NCBI GenBank assembly: GCA_965222615.1
Contig: CBDCUI010000008.1
Coordinates: 448,001-512,000 of the forward strand
From: Gammaproteobacteria bacterium
Lineage (GTDB): Bacteria > Pseudomonadota > Gammaproteobacteria > UBA4575
Direction: 5' to 3'
DNA: 64,000 nucleotides
Positions within the stretch are counted from its first letter, which is position 1, and the number at the start of each line of letters is the position of its first letter. Below the pieces are notes generated by a model. That model was given only the letters and a program-made list of their open reading frames with translations, had not been told where the DNA came from and ran no database searches. The position numbers were made by a program, and so were the translations under genes. Positions 1-9,803 of this stretch are shown piece after piece.

Positions 1-156
1 ATTATTCTAAATATAAATTCTTTTGATCAGATGGGTGTTGAACTGGGTAAAAGACTTGCAAATAAGTTGTTAGAAAAAATGCAAGATGAGGGAGAAGTTA
101 CTGATCAAGACTCTTCCACAAATGGCCTCATAAATTTTTATAAGAAATACTCTTAA
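1..156 (+). CDS. pgi: Glucose-6-phosphate isomerase, C-terminal fragment (gene begins before window)
   Basis: Frame 1 reads [20 protein letters not shown]...[15 protein letters not shown]; matches the PGI C-terminal INSFDQxGVELGK and DSSTxGLI motifs. Confidence 0.93.
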   Translation: MILNINSFDQMGVELGKRLANKLLEKMQDEGEVTDQDSSTNGLINFYKKYS

Positions 157-500
157 TTTTTAGTATTGCTCAATTAAGGCAAGAAATGAGCGTTCAGTTT
201 ATTCATTAATTTTCATCAGAATTATTTTTTTACTTAGCGTTTTATTAAAAAGACAATGTGCCCTTTAGCATGATGTGATGCGCGGATAAGTGTTGCTATA
301 TTGGATTTTGATGATTGCTCGAGCCCAAAGTGGACACTCAACTTGAGAGCTTTTTGAAAATAAACTGATCTTGCTCCCAAAAACAGTGAGGTAATTTTCA
401 TATCTGACTCATATTGAAACTTTTTCACTTAACATTAACTCAAATGAAATGTAATACCCTAGCCACGGCATTAAAGCTCAAAATTAAAAAGGAAATACCA

Positions 501-1235
501 ATGTTGAAAATTTGTTTGAAATTTACCTTTACATTATTGTTTGTTGGGTTGATATTTGGGTTGAATGGTTGCGCTAGCTATACAACGCCAGGGGGAGGAG
601 TACAGATAAACGAACTCGCAGAAGCAGACATCAACGAATTAATGTCTAAAGAACCAGCAGCAATTTTTCCTGCTAATATTTCAGTTGCACGTGTTCAAGC
701 AGCAAATTACAGATCACATACTGCTGATAGCTTTGGAACAGGAAGATATAGTGTAGTAACTACCCGTGACGTAGAGTATGAAGAAGACTTCGTATATTTA
801 TCAAAATTACTTAAAGTGAAAGGTATTGCGCCTGTAGGCCGCATTCTTTTGTCTAAAAATCTGGATAGAATTAAATCATTGAGGGAAGCATCAGCGAGAC
901 TGAAAGCAGACATTCTTTTACTTTATACGTTTGATACTACTTTCCATGCTGGCGAGCAAAAATTCCTACCACTGAATGTAATTGCTTTAGGTTTTCTAAA
1001 AAATAAGCGAGTATCTGTAACCACAACAGCATCAGCAGCATTATTTGATATACGAACAGAATATTTGTATGGACTAGCTGAAGCAACTTCTAAGGAAAGC
1101 AAATTAGCAAGTGTGTGGAGTTCCGAAAATGCTGTTGATGATTTAAGGCTTACAGCAGAAAGAAGCGCGTTTGAAAAACTTTTACCAGAAATAGAAAAAA
1201 CATGGGGAGGAGTAGTCACTGAATATTCTAAGTAA
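501..1235 (+). CDS. Putative lipoprotein of unknown function
   Basis: ATG at 501 follows AAGGAA; hydrophobic signal ending in lipobox LNG-C; ORF-track start 414 is probably too long. Confidence 0.75.
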   Translation: MLKICLKFTFTLLFVGLIFGLNGCASYTTPGGGVQINELAEADINELMSKEPAAIFPANISVARVQAANYRSHTADSFGTGRYSVVTTRDVEYEEDFVYLSKLLKVKGIAPVGRILLSKNLDRIKSLREASARLKADILLLYTFDTTFHAGEQKFLPLNVIALGFLKNKRVSVTTTASAALFDIRTEYLYGLAEATSKESKLASVWSSENAVDDLRLTAERSAFEKLLPEIEKTWGGVVTEYSK

Positions 1236-1250
1236 TTTCGTTTAGACTTT

Positions 1251-1306
1251 CCCATCCAACTTGGTGAGCAACATTGGCCGGCATGTTGCTCACCAAGTTG
1301 GATGGG
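1251..1306. repeat. Perfect 24-bp inverted repeat (hairpin) after the lipoprotein stop
   Basis: CCCATCCAACTTGGTGAGCAACAT (1251-1274), 8-nt loop, ATGTTGCTCACCAAGTTGGATGGG (1283-1306). Confidence 0.9.
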
Positions 1307-1427
1307 TGTCATTAGGAGGTGCTATATTTTAATTTTTTATTGTCGACAGAGACTCAAAGTGGACATAATTAGATAATCAGTTTGCTAATTTTGTTATGCG
1401 ATTAATTACAAGTATTAGGAAAATAGA

Positions 1428-1718
1428 ATGGAATATAAATTTCAAGTAGAAAATATCAGATGCGGTGGATGTGCAAATACCATTACAAAAAAATTGAGAG
1501 AAATAAACGGGGTAAAGGACGTACATGTAAATGTTGAAGACAAACAGGTTATTGTTACTACCGAGCCAACTATCGATGCCGAAATTCATCATATTCTTAG
1601 TGAAAAACTTGTTAAATTAGGCTACCCAGAAGTAGGAACAATAGGGTCAAATAGTCTCAAGACCAAGGCGACTTCTGTGGTCAGCTGCGCCATAGGCAAA
1701 GTTTCAAACAAAAGTTAA
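1428..1718 (+). CDS. Heavy-metal-associated (HMA, CopZ-like) domain protein
   Basis: VENIRCGGCANTI metal-binding CxxC; C-terminal ATSVVSCAIGK motif. Confidence 0.88.
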   Translation: MEYKFQVENIRCGGCANTITKKLREINGVKDVHVNVEDKQVIVTTEPTIDAEIHHILSEKLVKLGYPEVGTIGSNSLKTKATSVVSCAIGKVSNKS

Positions 1719-1870
1719 GTATGTAAAATGACCGCTAGTGACTGCTACCTTAACCGATCGAAGCAACACATTGGCTAAATCGTTCTGCTGGTGTTTCAAA
1801 ATCTAAAGTTTGCCTGGGTCGTTCAATCAATTGCCTAGTGACGTGATTTAAAATTCATAACATTATTAAT

Positions 1871-2935
1871 TTATATAGCGCTGTGTTGTTCTAGCGCCCA
1901 TTCCACATGTTCGCGTACTAATTCACTTGGATGGTTCTGTTTTTCCTTTAAGGCATTAATTACTTCAGTTGTATGAGGTGCGTTACCCAGCGCAACAGCA
2001 ATATTTCTCAGCCAGCATTCATAGCTGATACGACGAATTGCTGAACCTTCTGTGTTCTTTAGAAACTTTTGTTCACTCCATTTAAATAACTCAATCAGAT
2101 TTGGTGCATCTAAATTGTTGCGCGTAACAAAATCTGCAAGCTCGCTTTTTTTCTCGAATCGATTCCAGGGGCAATAGAGTTGGCAGTCATCACAGCCATA
2201 AATACGATTTCCCATCGCCTTTCTAAACTCAACCGGGATGGCTTCTTTCAACTCAATGGTGTGATAGGAGATGCAACGTCGCGCATCTAATTTGTATGGC
2301 CCGATGATGGCCTGTGTGGGACAGACATCCATGCATGTGCTACATGTGCCACAATGATTTTCAACTGGTTCGTCAATGGGCAAAGGCAAGTCTGTGTAGA
2401 GTTCGCCTAGAAAAAACCAAGAACCACATTCGCGACTGATTAAGTTGGTGTGTTTTCCAATCCAACCAAGTCCAGCTTTTTCTGCCAAGGCTTTTTCTAA
2501 AACAGGTGCGCTATCTACAAAGGCTCGATAGCCAAATGTACCGACTTTGGCTTCGACACGTTCAGCCAATTTTTGTAAACGCTTGCGAATAACTTTGTGA
2601 TAATCACGTCCTAATGCATAGCGCGAAATATAAGCTTGGTTTTTGTTTGCTAATACCTCTTCTTCATTTTTTGCATCTGGCGCTTGATAATTGATGCGAG
2701 CAGAAATGATGCGAATCGTACCAGGAATTAATTTTTCTGGTTGAGAACGTTTTGTGCCATGTTTGCTCATATAGTCCATGCTTCCATGGTGATTGGCTGC
2801 TAACCAATTTAGTAAATGCGTTTCATGGTCATTCAACTTAGTATCCGTAATACCAAGTTCATCAAATCCAAGTGCTTTCCCCCAGGATTTTATTTGTTGG
2901 GCTAATTCGGAAAAATCTGAAATCGATGGGTTCAT
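1871..2935 (-). CDS. queG: tRNA epoxyqueuosine reductase QueG
   Basis: SRYALGRDYHK, FVDSAPVLEK, Fe-S motifs CGTCSTCMDVCPT and GCDDCQLYCPWN; divergent from nnr as usual. Confidence 0.97.
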   Translation of the reverse strand: MNPSISDFSELAQQIKSWGKALGFDELGITDTKLNDHETHLLNWLAANHHGSMDYMSKHGTKRSQPEKLIPGTIRIISARINYQAPDAKNEEEVLANKNQAYISRYALGRDYHKVIRKRLQKLAERVEAKVGTFGYRAFVDSAPVLEKALAEKAGLGWIGKHTNLISRECGSWFFLGELYTDLPLPIDEPVENHCGTCSTCMDVCPTQAIIGPYKLDARRCISYHTIELKEAIPVEFRKAMGNRIYGCDDCQLYCPWNRFEKKSELADFVTRNNLDAPNLIELFKWSEQKFLKNTEGSAIRRISYECWLRNIAVALGNAPHTTEVINALKEKQNHPSELVREHVEWALEQHSAI

Positions 2936-2987
2936 TTACCTAAATGTTGCATTTATGCTTCTGACTATGCTTACGTAGTATTCAATT

Positions 2988-4478
2988 ATGTACGACATTC
3001 CTAAAGAAATTTATCTCGCAAAACAAGTCCGTGAACTGGATTGCATTGCTATTGAGCAGTTTCAGGTACCTAGTTTTACCCTAATGCATCGAGCCGGGCA
3101 GGCTGCCTTTGAGGTAATACAGGAAATTTGGCCAAATACTCAAGAAATTATCGTATTAGCTGGAGCAGGCAATAATGGTGGGGATGGCTATGTCATTGCC
3201 AGCTTGGCGCTGACGGCAAATATTCGAGTAACGGTTGTCCAAGTAGGCGATCATACAAGGCTTCAAGGAGATGCCAAACAAGCTCACGACCTATATGTTG
3301 AACAAGGCGGTCAATGCAATACGTTTAAACACCAGCCGTTACCGGATTGCGATCTAATCGTGGATGCCTTGTTGGGCACGGGGATTACTCGTTCTGTGAA
3401 AGATGATTTTAAGGCAGCAATCCAATTGGCTAATGAGCATAGTGCCCCAGTTTTAAGTGCAGACATTCCCTCCGGTTTGGATGCGAATCGTGGAATTCCA
3501 CTTGGAGATGCAATAATTGCCGATGCCACGGTTAGTTTTGTTGGTATGAAGTTAGGCTTGCTTACCGGAGCAGGCAGGAAATACTCAGGTAAAATATATT
3601 TTAGTGATTTACAAATTCCAAAAGAAGTTTATCAGTCTATGAGCGCAACCTGCCATAACATCGATCTTGCCGATTTGCATGAAAAACTAGGTCCGCGTAG
3701 TGCAAGTGCACACAAGGGAGATTTTGGTCATGTAGTATTGATTGGGGGCAATCAAGGTTACGCTGGTTCTATCATGTTGACTGCAGAAGCGGCATTAAGA
3801 GTAGGAAGTGGTTTGGTATCTGTGGCTACACATCCAGCAAATGCAGCTGGGGCACAGCATTCATGCCGAGAAGTAATGGCGCATGCTGTCTCGAATGTAC
3901 GAGAACTCGATGCATTATTAAAACGTGCGACGGTAATCGCAATTGGTCCAGGGCTTGGACAAGACCAATGGGCACGAGATTTATTTATGCGTGTTTTAGA
4001 TTTTGATTTGCCGTTAATACTAGATGCCGATGCCCTAAATTTATTGGCACAAGAACCGCTGCAAAAAGATAATTGGGTGTTAACTCCCCATCCGGGTGAA
4101 GCGGCTCGCTTATTACAAAAAGAAACAACAGAAATTCAACAACAGCGCCTTGAATCAGTTCAACAACTGCAACAACAGTATGGTGGTATCGGCGTATTAA
4201 AAGGTAGTGGTACGTTAATTGCCTGTAGCGAACAGGTTTCTATATGTACGGCAGGTAATCCAGGTATGGCCACTGGCGGTATGGGTGATGTGCTAACAGG
4301 TGTTATTGCTGGGTTAGCTGCACAAGGTCTCAATACTTATGATGCAGCGAGATTAGCTGTGCAATTGCATGCACAGAGTGCAGATATAGCAGCACAACAA
4401 GGCATGCGTGGAATACTTGCCAGTGATTTGTTTTCACCTTTGCGTACCCTTGTTAATGTTAATGCACCATGCAATTAA
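2988..4478 (+). CDS. nnr: Bifunctional NAD(P)H-hydrate epimerase/dehydratase
   Basis: GNNGGDG, DALLGTG, DIPSG (YjeF-N) followed by HKGDFG, GPGLG, LTPHPGEA, GGMGDVL. Confidence 0.96.
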   Translation: MYDIPKEIYLAKQVRELDCIAIEQFQVPSFTLMHRAGQAAFEVIQEIWPNTQEIIVLAGAGNNGGDGYVIASLALTANIRVTVVQVGDHTRLQGDAKQAHDLYVEQGGQCNTFKHQPLPDCDLIVDALLGTGITRSVKDDFKAAIQLANEHSAPVLSADIPSGLDANRGIPLGDAIIADATVSFVGMKLGLLTGAGRKYSGKIYFSDLQIPKEVYQSMSATCHNIDLADLHEKLGPRSASAHKGDFGHVVLIGGNQGYAGSIMLTAEAALRVGSGLVSVATHPANAAGAQHSCREVMAHAVSNVRELDALLKRATVIAIGPGLGQDQWARDLFMRVLDFDLPLILDADALNLLAQEPLQKDNWVLTPHPGEAARLLQKETTEIQQQRLESVQQLQQQYGGIGVLKGSGTLIACSEQVSICTAGNPGMATGGMGDVLTGVIAGLAAQGLNTYDAARLAVQLHAQSADIAAQQGMRGILASDLFSPLRTLVNVNAPCN

Positions 4479-4912
4479 TTGGGCCAAGTGCCACTGAAGC
4501 CTTAGGTGCAAAGGTCGCAAAATATTGCTCACCTCCTGTGATTATTTATTTGATTGGTGAATTAGGCAGTGGTAAAACGACTTTCGCGCGTGGATTTATT
4601 CATTCACTTGGCCATACCGGCAATGTCAAAAGTCCCACGTTTACTTTAGCCGAAACCTACAACCTTAACGGCGTAACGCTTTATCACTTTGACTTGTATC
4701 GTCTGCAGGATCCAACAGAACTAGAGTATTTAGGCATACGAGATATCGCAGCAGAGCCGGATACAATTTGCCTCATCGAATGGCCACAGCACGGTGGTGA
4801 GGGTGTACCCAAGGCCGATTTATTGTTTACCTTTGAGCACCAAGGAGAGAATCGATCAGCGTCGTTCCAGGCCAAATCCTCTCGTGGACAGTCCATTATC
4901 AGCCAATTATAA
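4469..4912 (+). CDS. tsaE: tRNA threonylcarbamoyladenosine biosynthesis ATPase TsaE
   Basis: GELGSGKTT P-loop, KSPTFTL, HFDLYRL, LIEW; synteny nnr-tsaE-amiB. Confidence 0.96.
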   Translation: MQLIGPSATEALGAKVAKYCSPPVIIYLIGELGSGKTTFARGFIHSLGHTGNVKSPTFTLAETYNLNGVTLYHFDLYRLQDPTELEYLGIRDIAAEPDTICLIEWPQHGGEGVPKADLLFTFEHQGENRSASFQAKSSRGQSIISQL

Positions 4913-5032
4913 GGTCAGACTATAAAAAATTGCCCTAGGTCATTAGTTTTATTAAAGTTGTTGTTGCAATTTTATAAAAATTTGTCACACTTTCTCCACG
5001 GTTTCAGGATCTTAGGTCGCTCACCTTCAAAT

Positions 5033-6436
5033 ATGCAGCCATTCAAAAACCTAAATTTGCCTACAAATTGGGTACACCAGCGTTATCGGCTTTGGTTTCA
5101 ATTACTAGCTTTATTGTTGTGCTTGACTAGTTATTCAGTTCTTGCGGCCACTGGAATCACAAAAATAAACGATGTGCGCATCGCCGATCGCCAAGAGAAT
5201 ACGCGAATCGTTTTTGATTTATCATCCGCTACCGATCATCACGTATTTGTACTTAGAAATCCTGATCGAGTCGTACTTGATATTGATAATTGCAGTGCCA
5301 ATGGCAAGTTAAATACGACTCGAGTTGCAGGAACTTTGTTAAAAGAAATGCGCTATGCACAAAAGTCGGGTGAGAAATTACGCGTGGTATTTGATTTAAA
5401 TAAAGCGGTAGTTCCAAAGAGTTTTTTGCTGGCACCCTCTAGCAACAATAATCATCGTTTAGTAATAGATTTAACCGCGGCTAATGCAGCACCAGGTACA
5501 AGTAAATCAGTCATATCTGCAAAAACTGCTCCAGTCATTGAGGCTAAAGCGATTCCAGAAAATTTCCGTGATGTTGTTATCGCGATTGATGCTGGGCATG
5601 GCGGTAAAGATCCTGGTGCAATTGGTCGTGGTGGAACGCGCGAAAAAGACATTGTGCTGTCGATATCAAAACGACTTAAATCTCTTATCGATAAAGAAAA
5701 AGGTATGCGCGCTGTCTTAATTCGAAGTAATGATTCTTTTATTCCTTTAAGAGGCCGAATTAAAAAGGCAAACAAAGTGAGTGCAGATGTATTCATCTCT
5801 ATTCATGCCGATGCTGCAGTAAATCGTAATGCGCGTGGCTCGTCGGTATATGTATTGTCACAACATGGCGCAACCAGTGAAGCAGCACGGATCTTGGCAC
5901 AGCGTGAAAATGAAGCCGACAAAATTGGTGGTGTGAGTCTGGAAGATAAAGATGCGGTCCTCAAATCGGTATTAGTCGATTTATCTCAGACGGCAACGAT
6001 TGATGCCAGTATTGATTTGGCAGAAGACATTCTCACAGAGTTGGGTCAAGTGGGGAGAGTGTTACGTAATCGTGTGGAGCAAGCGGGTTTCGCAGTATTA
6101 AAGTCCCCGGATATTCCATCGGTGTTAGTCGAAACGGCCTTCATTTCTAACCCACAAGAAGAAAAGCGCCTTAAAAACAGTAAACATCAACAAGACTTAG
6201 CACAGGCAGTGTTAAAGGGCTTGCGCCGTTACCTGAAAGATCACTCTCCTAGTGACGCATTGCTAGCGAATTTAGGTAGGAGTAGTCGACATACCATACG
6301 ACGTGGCGAGACCTTATCTGGAATTGCAAATCGTTATCAAGTGAGTATTGTCACCTTGCGCAAAGTAAACGAACTTAAGTCAGATGTAATTCGAGTAGGG
6401 CAAGTGTTGATGATCCCACCTTCGACAGGCACTTAG
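5033..6436 (+). CDS. amiB: N-acetylmuramoyl-L-alanine amidase (AMIN, Amidase_3, LysM)
   Basis: AMIN repeats, IDAGHGGKDPGA, SIHADA, LVETAFISN, C-terminal LysM; start uncertain (ATG 5033 vs TTG 4958). Confidence 0.92.
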   Translation: MQPFKNLNLPTNWVHQRYRLWFQLLALLLCLTSYSVLAATGITKINDVRIADRQENTRIVFDLSSATDHHVFVLRNPDRVVLDIDNCSANGKLNTTRVAGTLLKEMRYAQKSGEKLRVVFDLNKAVVPKSFLLAPSSNNNHRLVIDLTAANAAPGTSKSVISAKTAPVIEAKAIPENFRDVVIAIDAGHGGKDPGAIGRGGTREKDIVLSISKRLKSLIDKEKGMRAVLIRSNDSFIPLRGRIKKANKVSADVFISIHADAAVNRNARGSSVYVLSQHGATSEAARILAQRENEADKIGGVSLEDKDAVLKSVLVDLSQTATIDASIDLAEDILTELGQVGRVLRNRVEQAGFAVLKSPDIPSVLVETAFISNPQEEKRLKNSKHQQDLAQAVLKGLRRYLKDHSPSDALLANLGRSSRHTIRRGETLSGIANRYQVSIVTLRKVNELKSDVIRVGQVLMIPPSTGT

Positions 6437-6494
6437 TTTCCGCTGATAGAAAATGTCTGTTCGCGGCTGATAGTAGTTATTCAAGTAACTTGAA

Positions 6495-7280
6495 TTAGCT
6501 TTTCTTTTTTGCTCTTTGAAGCTGCATGGATTCGATCATGGTTGAAAATTTCTGGTTTAACTCATTTTTTAGATCATCCTCAATTCCTACATTGGTCATG
6601 GCGATATTCATACAGTGCAGCCACTGTTGTTTGTTTCTTTCGCTTAATTCGAATCTACGATGACGTAATTCTAACCAGGTAATATTTACATACTGTTCTC
6701 CAAATAGTTCAGGTCCACCCAGCCAGTGAGTGATAAATTTAGCTAAGGCTTTTTTTGACATAAATAAGTTTTTCGGATGTAAGTCTCGCAACTCTTTTGC
6801 AAAAGGCTCTTTTTCCATTGTATCGTAAAACTCACTCGTTAATTCTTGCACCTTGGATAAACTACCAATTTTCTCAAACAACGATTCCTTTTTAACTGAC
6901 GCTTCCCCTGTTTCAACTATATCGGTTTTTGTGCTTTCGAATAAATCTAAAATCTCTTCTCGTTCTCTACTAGGAACCTTATGTCTATCCAATGTGTCTG
7001 CAACATAGGTGATAAAGATAAGCCAATCTTTTTGGGTAATACCCATGTCCTTATGCGCAGTCTTATTATCGCGTCCTGTATAATGCTCTGGTCCACCGGT
7101 ACTTGAGCACAAATAGTCAAGAAGGTATTCTTTATTTTTATTTATTCCATCTTCACATTTGCATTCCCAGTACTTACTCAATTCAGGGTCTGCTATAATT
7201 TGTGAGAATAAATTATTTGTGATTGTAGAAATCGTTTCACGACCACCTAATCTTGAATATAAAGTGCTGTCGTTGCTCAT
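6495..7280 (-). CDS. Two-domain truncated hemoglobin: group I (trHbN-like) fused to group II (trHbO-like)
   Basis: N-half LYSRLGG...STGGPEHYTGRD..TAHKDMGI; C-half SLFEKIG..EFYDTM..LHP..HWLGGP..LRHRRF..QWLHCM. Confidence 0.82.
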   Translation of the reverse strand: MSNDSTLYSRLGGRETISTITNNLFSQIIADPELSKYWECKCEDGINKNKEYLLDYLCSSTGGPEHYTGRDNKTAHKDMGITQKDWLIFITYVADTLDRHKVPSREREEILDLFESTKTDIVETGEASVKKESLFEKIGSLSKVQELTSEFYDTMEKEPFAKELRDLHPKNLFMSKKALAKFITHWLGGPELFGEQYVNITWLELRHRRFELSERNKQQWLHCMNIAMTNVGIEDDLKNELNQKFSTMIESMQLQRAKKKS

Positions 7281-7476
7281 TACCAGTATTCCTTACGTTT
7301 CTATGATAATAGGAATGTCTACTTTGGACCGCAAGTAGTCGTTAAATTGCGACAATGTATTTGCGGCATGGGCCAAAAATAATCATCCTGAATCAGATCG
7401 CATTTTCTAAGATACGATTCTTGCTCGCATATCCGTGTATTCATACTTTGTGTGGATAGCGGTTATTAAGAATTTA

Positions 7477-8502
7477 TCAAAACAGCTTAGAATCTTGTTC
7501 TTTCTGCTGCCAAGAAAAAGACAATTTATCCAACGTAGTATGTACGGATGTTGCAATTCGTTCACTAATTGTTTTAGGCACCGTGTAAGTCACTTCATAG
7601 ATATCTGCATCGTTACTTGCATTTAATAAATAATCATCACTGGTGATTAACTCGTCAACTAAATTAAGTGAGAGTGCACGGCTGGCAAGCCAGTGTTCAC
7701 CAGTTGCAACTTGATCGATATCCAAATTAGGACGGTTATCTTTAACAAATTCTTTAAACAGTGCGTGAGTATCTTCAAGCTGTTCATTAAAGTGCTCGCG
7801 ATCTTCAGGGGTGTTTTTGCCAAACATAGTGATGGTGCGTTTCAGCTCACCAGCTTTCATCAGTTCAAAGTCAACTCCATGCTTATCGAGCATGCGATTA
7901 AAGTTAGGTATTTGAGCGAGTACACCGATAGAACCGACGATTGCAAATGGTGCCGCTAAGATTTTATCGGCAACACACGCCATCATATAGCCACCACTTG
8001 CAGCTACCTTGTCGACTGCAATTGTAAGTGGGATGTCTTTTTGTTTAATGCGTTGCAACTGTGATGCGGCAAAGCCGTGTTCATGCACTAGACCACCCGC
8101 ATTTTCAAGACAGACTACGACTTCATCATTTTTAGTCGCTACCGACAATATTGCAGTAATTTCTTTGCGCAAGTGACGTACAGCGGTCGCCTTTATATTG
8201 CCTAAGAAGTTTAGTACGAAAATTCGTTTTCTATCTTTGCTTGTGGCAGTTTTCTTTTCTAGCTTAGTTTCTTTTTTGCGCTGTTTCTTAGCTTTTTTTA
8301 ATTCCTTTTTTGGCAGTAAAGAAAAACGTAAGGTGTCTGCCATAGATTTGTACTTTTCATTAAGATTGGTAATTTCGAAATGGTCATCTGACCTAGCCTT
8401 CTTTGAAAATGAGAAGACTAAGCTTGCAAGCAACCAGATGAATATTAAAATTGTAATCGCTTTTGCTAAAAATAAACCGTAATCCGTTATAAATTCAAGC
8501 AT
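7477..8502 (-). CDS. sohB: Inner-membrane peptidase SohB (S49)
   Basis: N-terminal TM, DKVAASGGYMMAC, APFAIVGSIGV, VATGEHW. Confidence 0.95.
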   Translation of the reverse strand: MLEFITDYGLFLAKAITILIFIWLLASLVFSFSKKARSDDHFEITNLNEKYKSMADTLRFSLLPKKELKKAKKQRKKETKLEKKTATSKDRKRIFVLNFLGNIKATAVRHLRKEITAILSVATKNDEVVVCLENAGGLVHEHGFAASQLQRIKQKDIPLTIAVDKVAASGGYMMACVADKILAAPFAIVGSIGVLAQIPNFNRMLDKHGVDFELMKAGELKRTITMFGKNTPEDREHFNEQLEDTHALFKEFVKDNRPNLDIDQVATGEHWLASRALSLNLVDELITSDDYLLNASNDADIYEVTYTVPKTISERIATSVHTTLDKLSFSWQQKEQDSKLF

Positions 8503-8526
8503 GTTAAATCTATCCTATCTCTTTTA

Positions 8527-9360
8527 TTAATTATATGAGCACGTGTAGCTACTAAAAAATTGCCCATAACTATTTTCTGAAATCTCATCATAAAATAATG
8601 TATTCAATTGGAGTCGACAGTTAGTTAATAGTTCTCCATCTAATAACGTTCCAAATACTTCTCCACCGAGAAATTGATGTGAGCTGGTTAAATACAATTT
8701 ATCTAATTGTTGGTCTTGCACCATAGTATGCAACATCTTTGGGCCCGCAATGAGATAAATGTGTTTATAGCCGTACTTAGTTAGTGCCTCTATCAAAGGG
8801 GCACCTTCTACATAAGTTGTTTTGCCGGCAGTTAGTATTTCATATCCTTGTTGTTGCCATTTTGCCAGCAAACTCTCGTGAGTCTTTTGGCCGGTAGCAA
8901 TATAGGTCTTTTGTCCATTTTCTTGAATGGATGGGTGCATGGGAAAGTCTAGCGTTGAACTTGCGATCACAATATCTGGGTTTGGACTCAGCCCTTTTTG
9001 TTTACGCCATTCATGTAGGGCAGTAAATTCTTTATCGTCACGTAGCTGCAGTATATTGCCAAGTTTATTGCTTGCTAAGTTGCGCATATAGCCTGCATGG
9101 GTAATCAAACAATCTGCTTGTGTGTAGAGTTCCAAAAACAATCGAAAATCTTCTTTGCTGGTTAAAGATTCAGGTAAGTGTAGATCTGAATCGGCATCTT
9201 TGCTTAATGCAATACGGCCATCGAGGCTAGTGACAAAGTTAGCCGCAACCACAGGTTTTGTTCTATTGGGCTGGTACCAGCCGTGATGGTGTAAATATAG
9301 GTTCTCCAAATCAAATGTAGTAGATGGATGCGGAAATAAGCGTAAGATTTGCTTTGACAT
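8527..9360 (-). CDS. Stand-alone RibD C-terminal/DHFR-fold reductase
   Basis: ANFVTSLDGRIA, D-FRLF, YLIAGP, LDKLYLT motifs; no deaminase domain. Confidence 0.8.
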   Translation of the reverse strand: MSKQILRLFPHPSTTFDLENLYLHHHGWYQPNRTKPVVAANFVTSLDGRIALSKDADSDLHLPESLTSKEDFRLFLELYTQADCLITHAGYMRNLASNKLGNILQLRDDKEFTALHEWRKQKGLSPNPDIVIASSTLDFPMHPSIQENGQKTYIATGQKTHESLLAKWQQQGYEILTAGKTTYVEGAPLIEALTKYGYKHIYLIAGPKMLHTMVQDQQLDKLYLTSSHQFLGGEVFGTLLDGELLTNCRLQLNTLFYDEISENSYGQFFSSYTCSYN

Positions 9361-9423
9361 GTATGTGAACGAATAATTTTAGTTGAAAATTTGTATTATC
9401 CTAGCACGAGCATTTCTAAACTT

Positions 9424-9792
9424 ATGCAAAAACCAGGTATTTCCACTGCAATTCCAAAGCAACGCTATAAGTTTGGGGCATATACGATTGTTGCGCTTGA
9501 AGAAATTACTTCAAATGATGGATTGGAATACGAGTATTTGCTTGCAGCTATCAAAGACGGGCACAATGAGCCTGAAGTGTTTATTACCTGCGAAAAAGCT
9601 CTTGATACCGAGGTTGATAACGGTTCTCACATCGTACGCGTATTTGCCGATCAGTTGGGTGACGATGAATCTGGGAAGATCATTGATCAATCCAACTCTT
9701 GGTCAAATAAGACTGCATTTGTTACTTATGCGCTCTCGGGTTTTCAGCAGATGCTGCAGCTGCAAGACGAGCAGCCAATTCCTTTAACTTAA
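9424..9792 (+). CDS. Hypothetical protein 11 nt upstream of mutL
   Basis: ORF with protein-like composition, ATG at 9424, abuts mutL; no recognised domain. Confidence 0.7.
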   Translation: MQKPGISTAIPKQRYKFGAYTIVALEEITSNDGLEYEYLLAAIKDGHNEPEVFITCEKALDTEVDNGSHIVRVFADQLGDDESGKIIDQSNSWSNKTAFVTYALSGFQQMLQLQDEQPIPLT

Positions 9793-9803
9793 GTCACGTA
9801 GTT

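Noticed and set aside
1719-1870. Riboswitch-like sequence (AGGCAAAC..GGTAGC) on the minus strand
   Set aside because: Lies between convergent genes and the required pairings are absent
9383-9787. 134-aa ORF overlapping 9424-9792 in another frame
   Set aside because: Leu/Cys-rich shadow composition with a TTG start; the other frame looks protein-like
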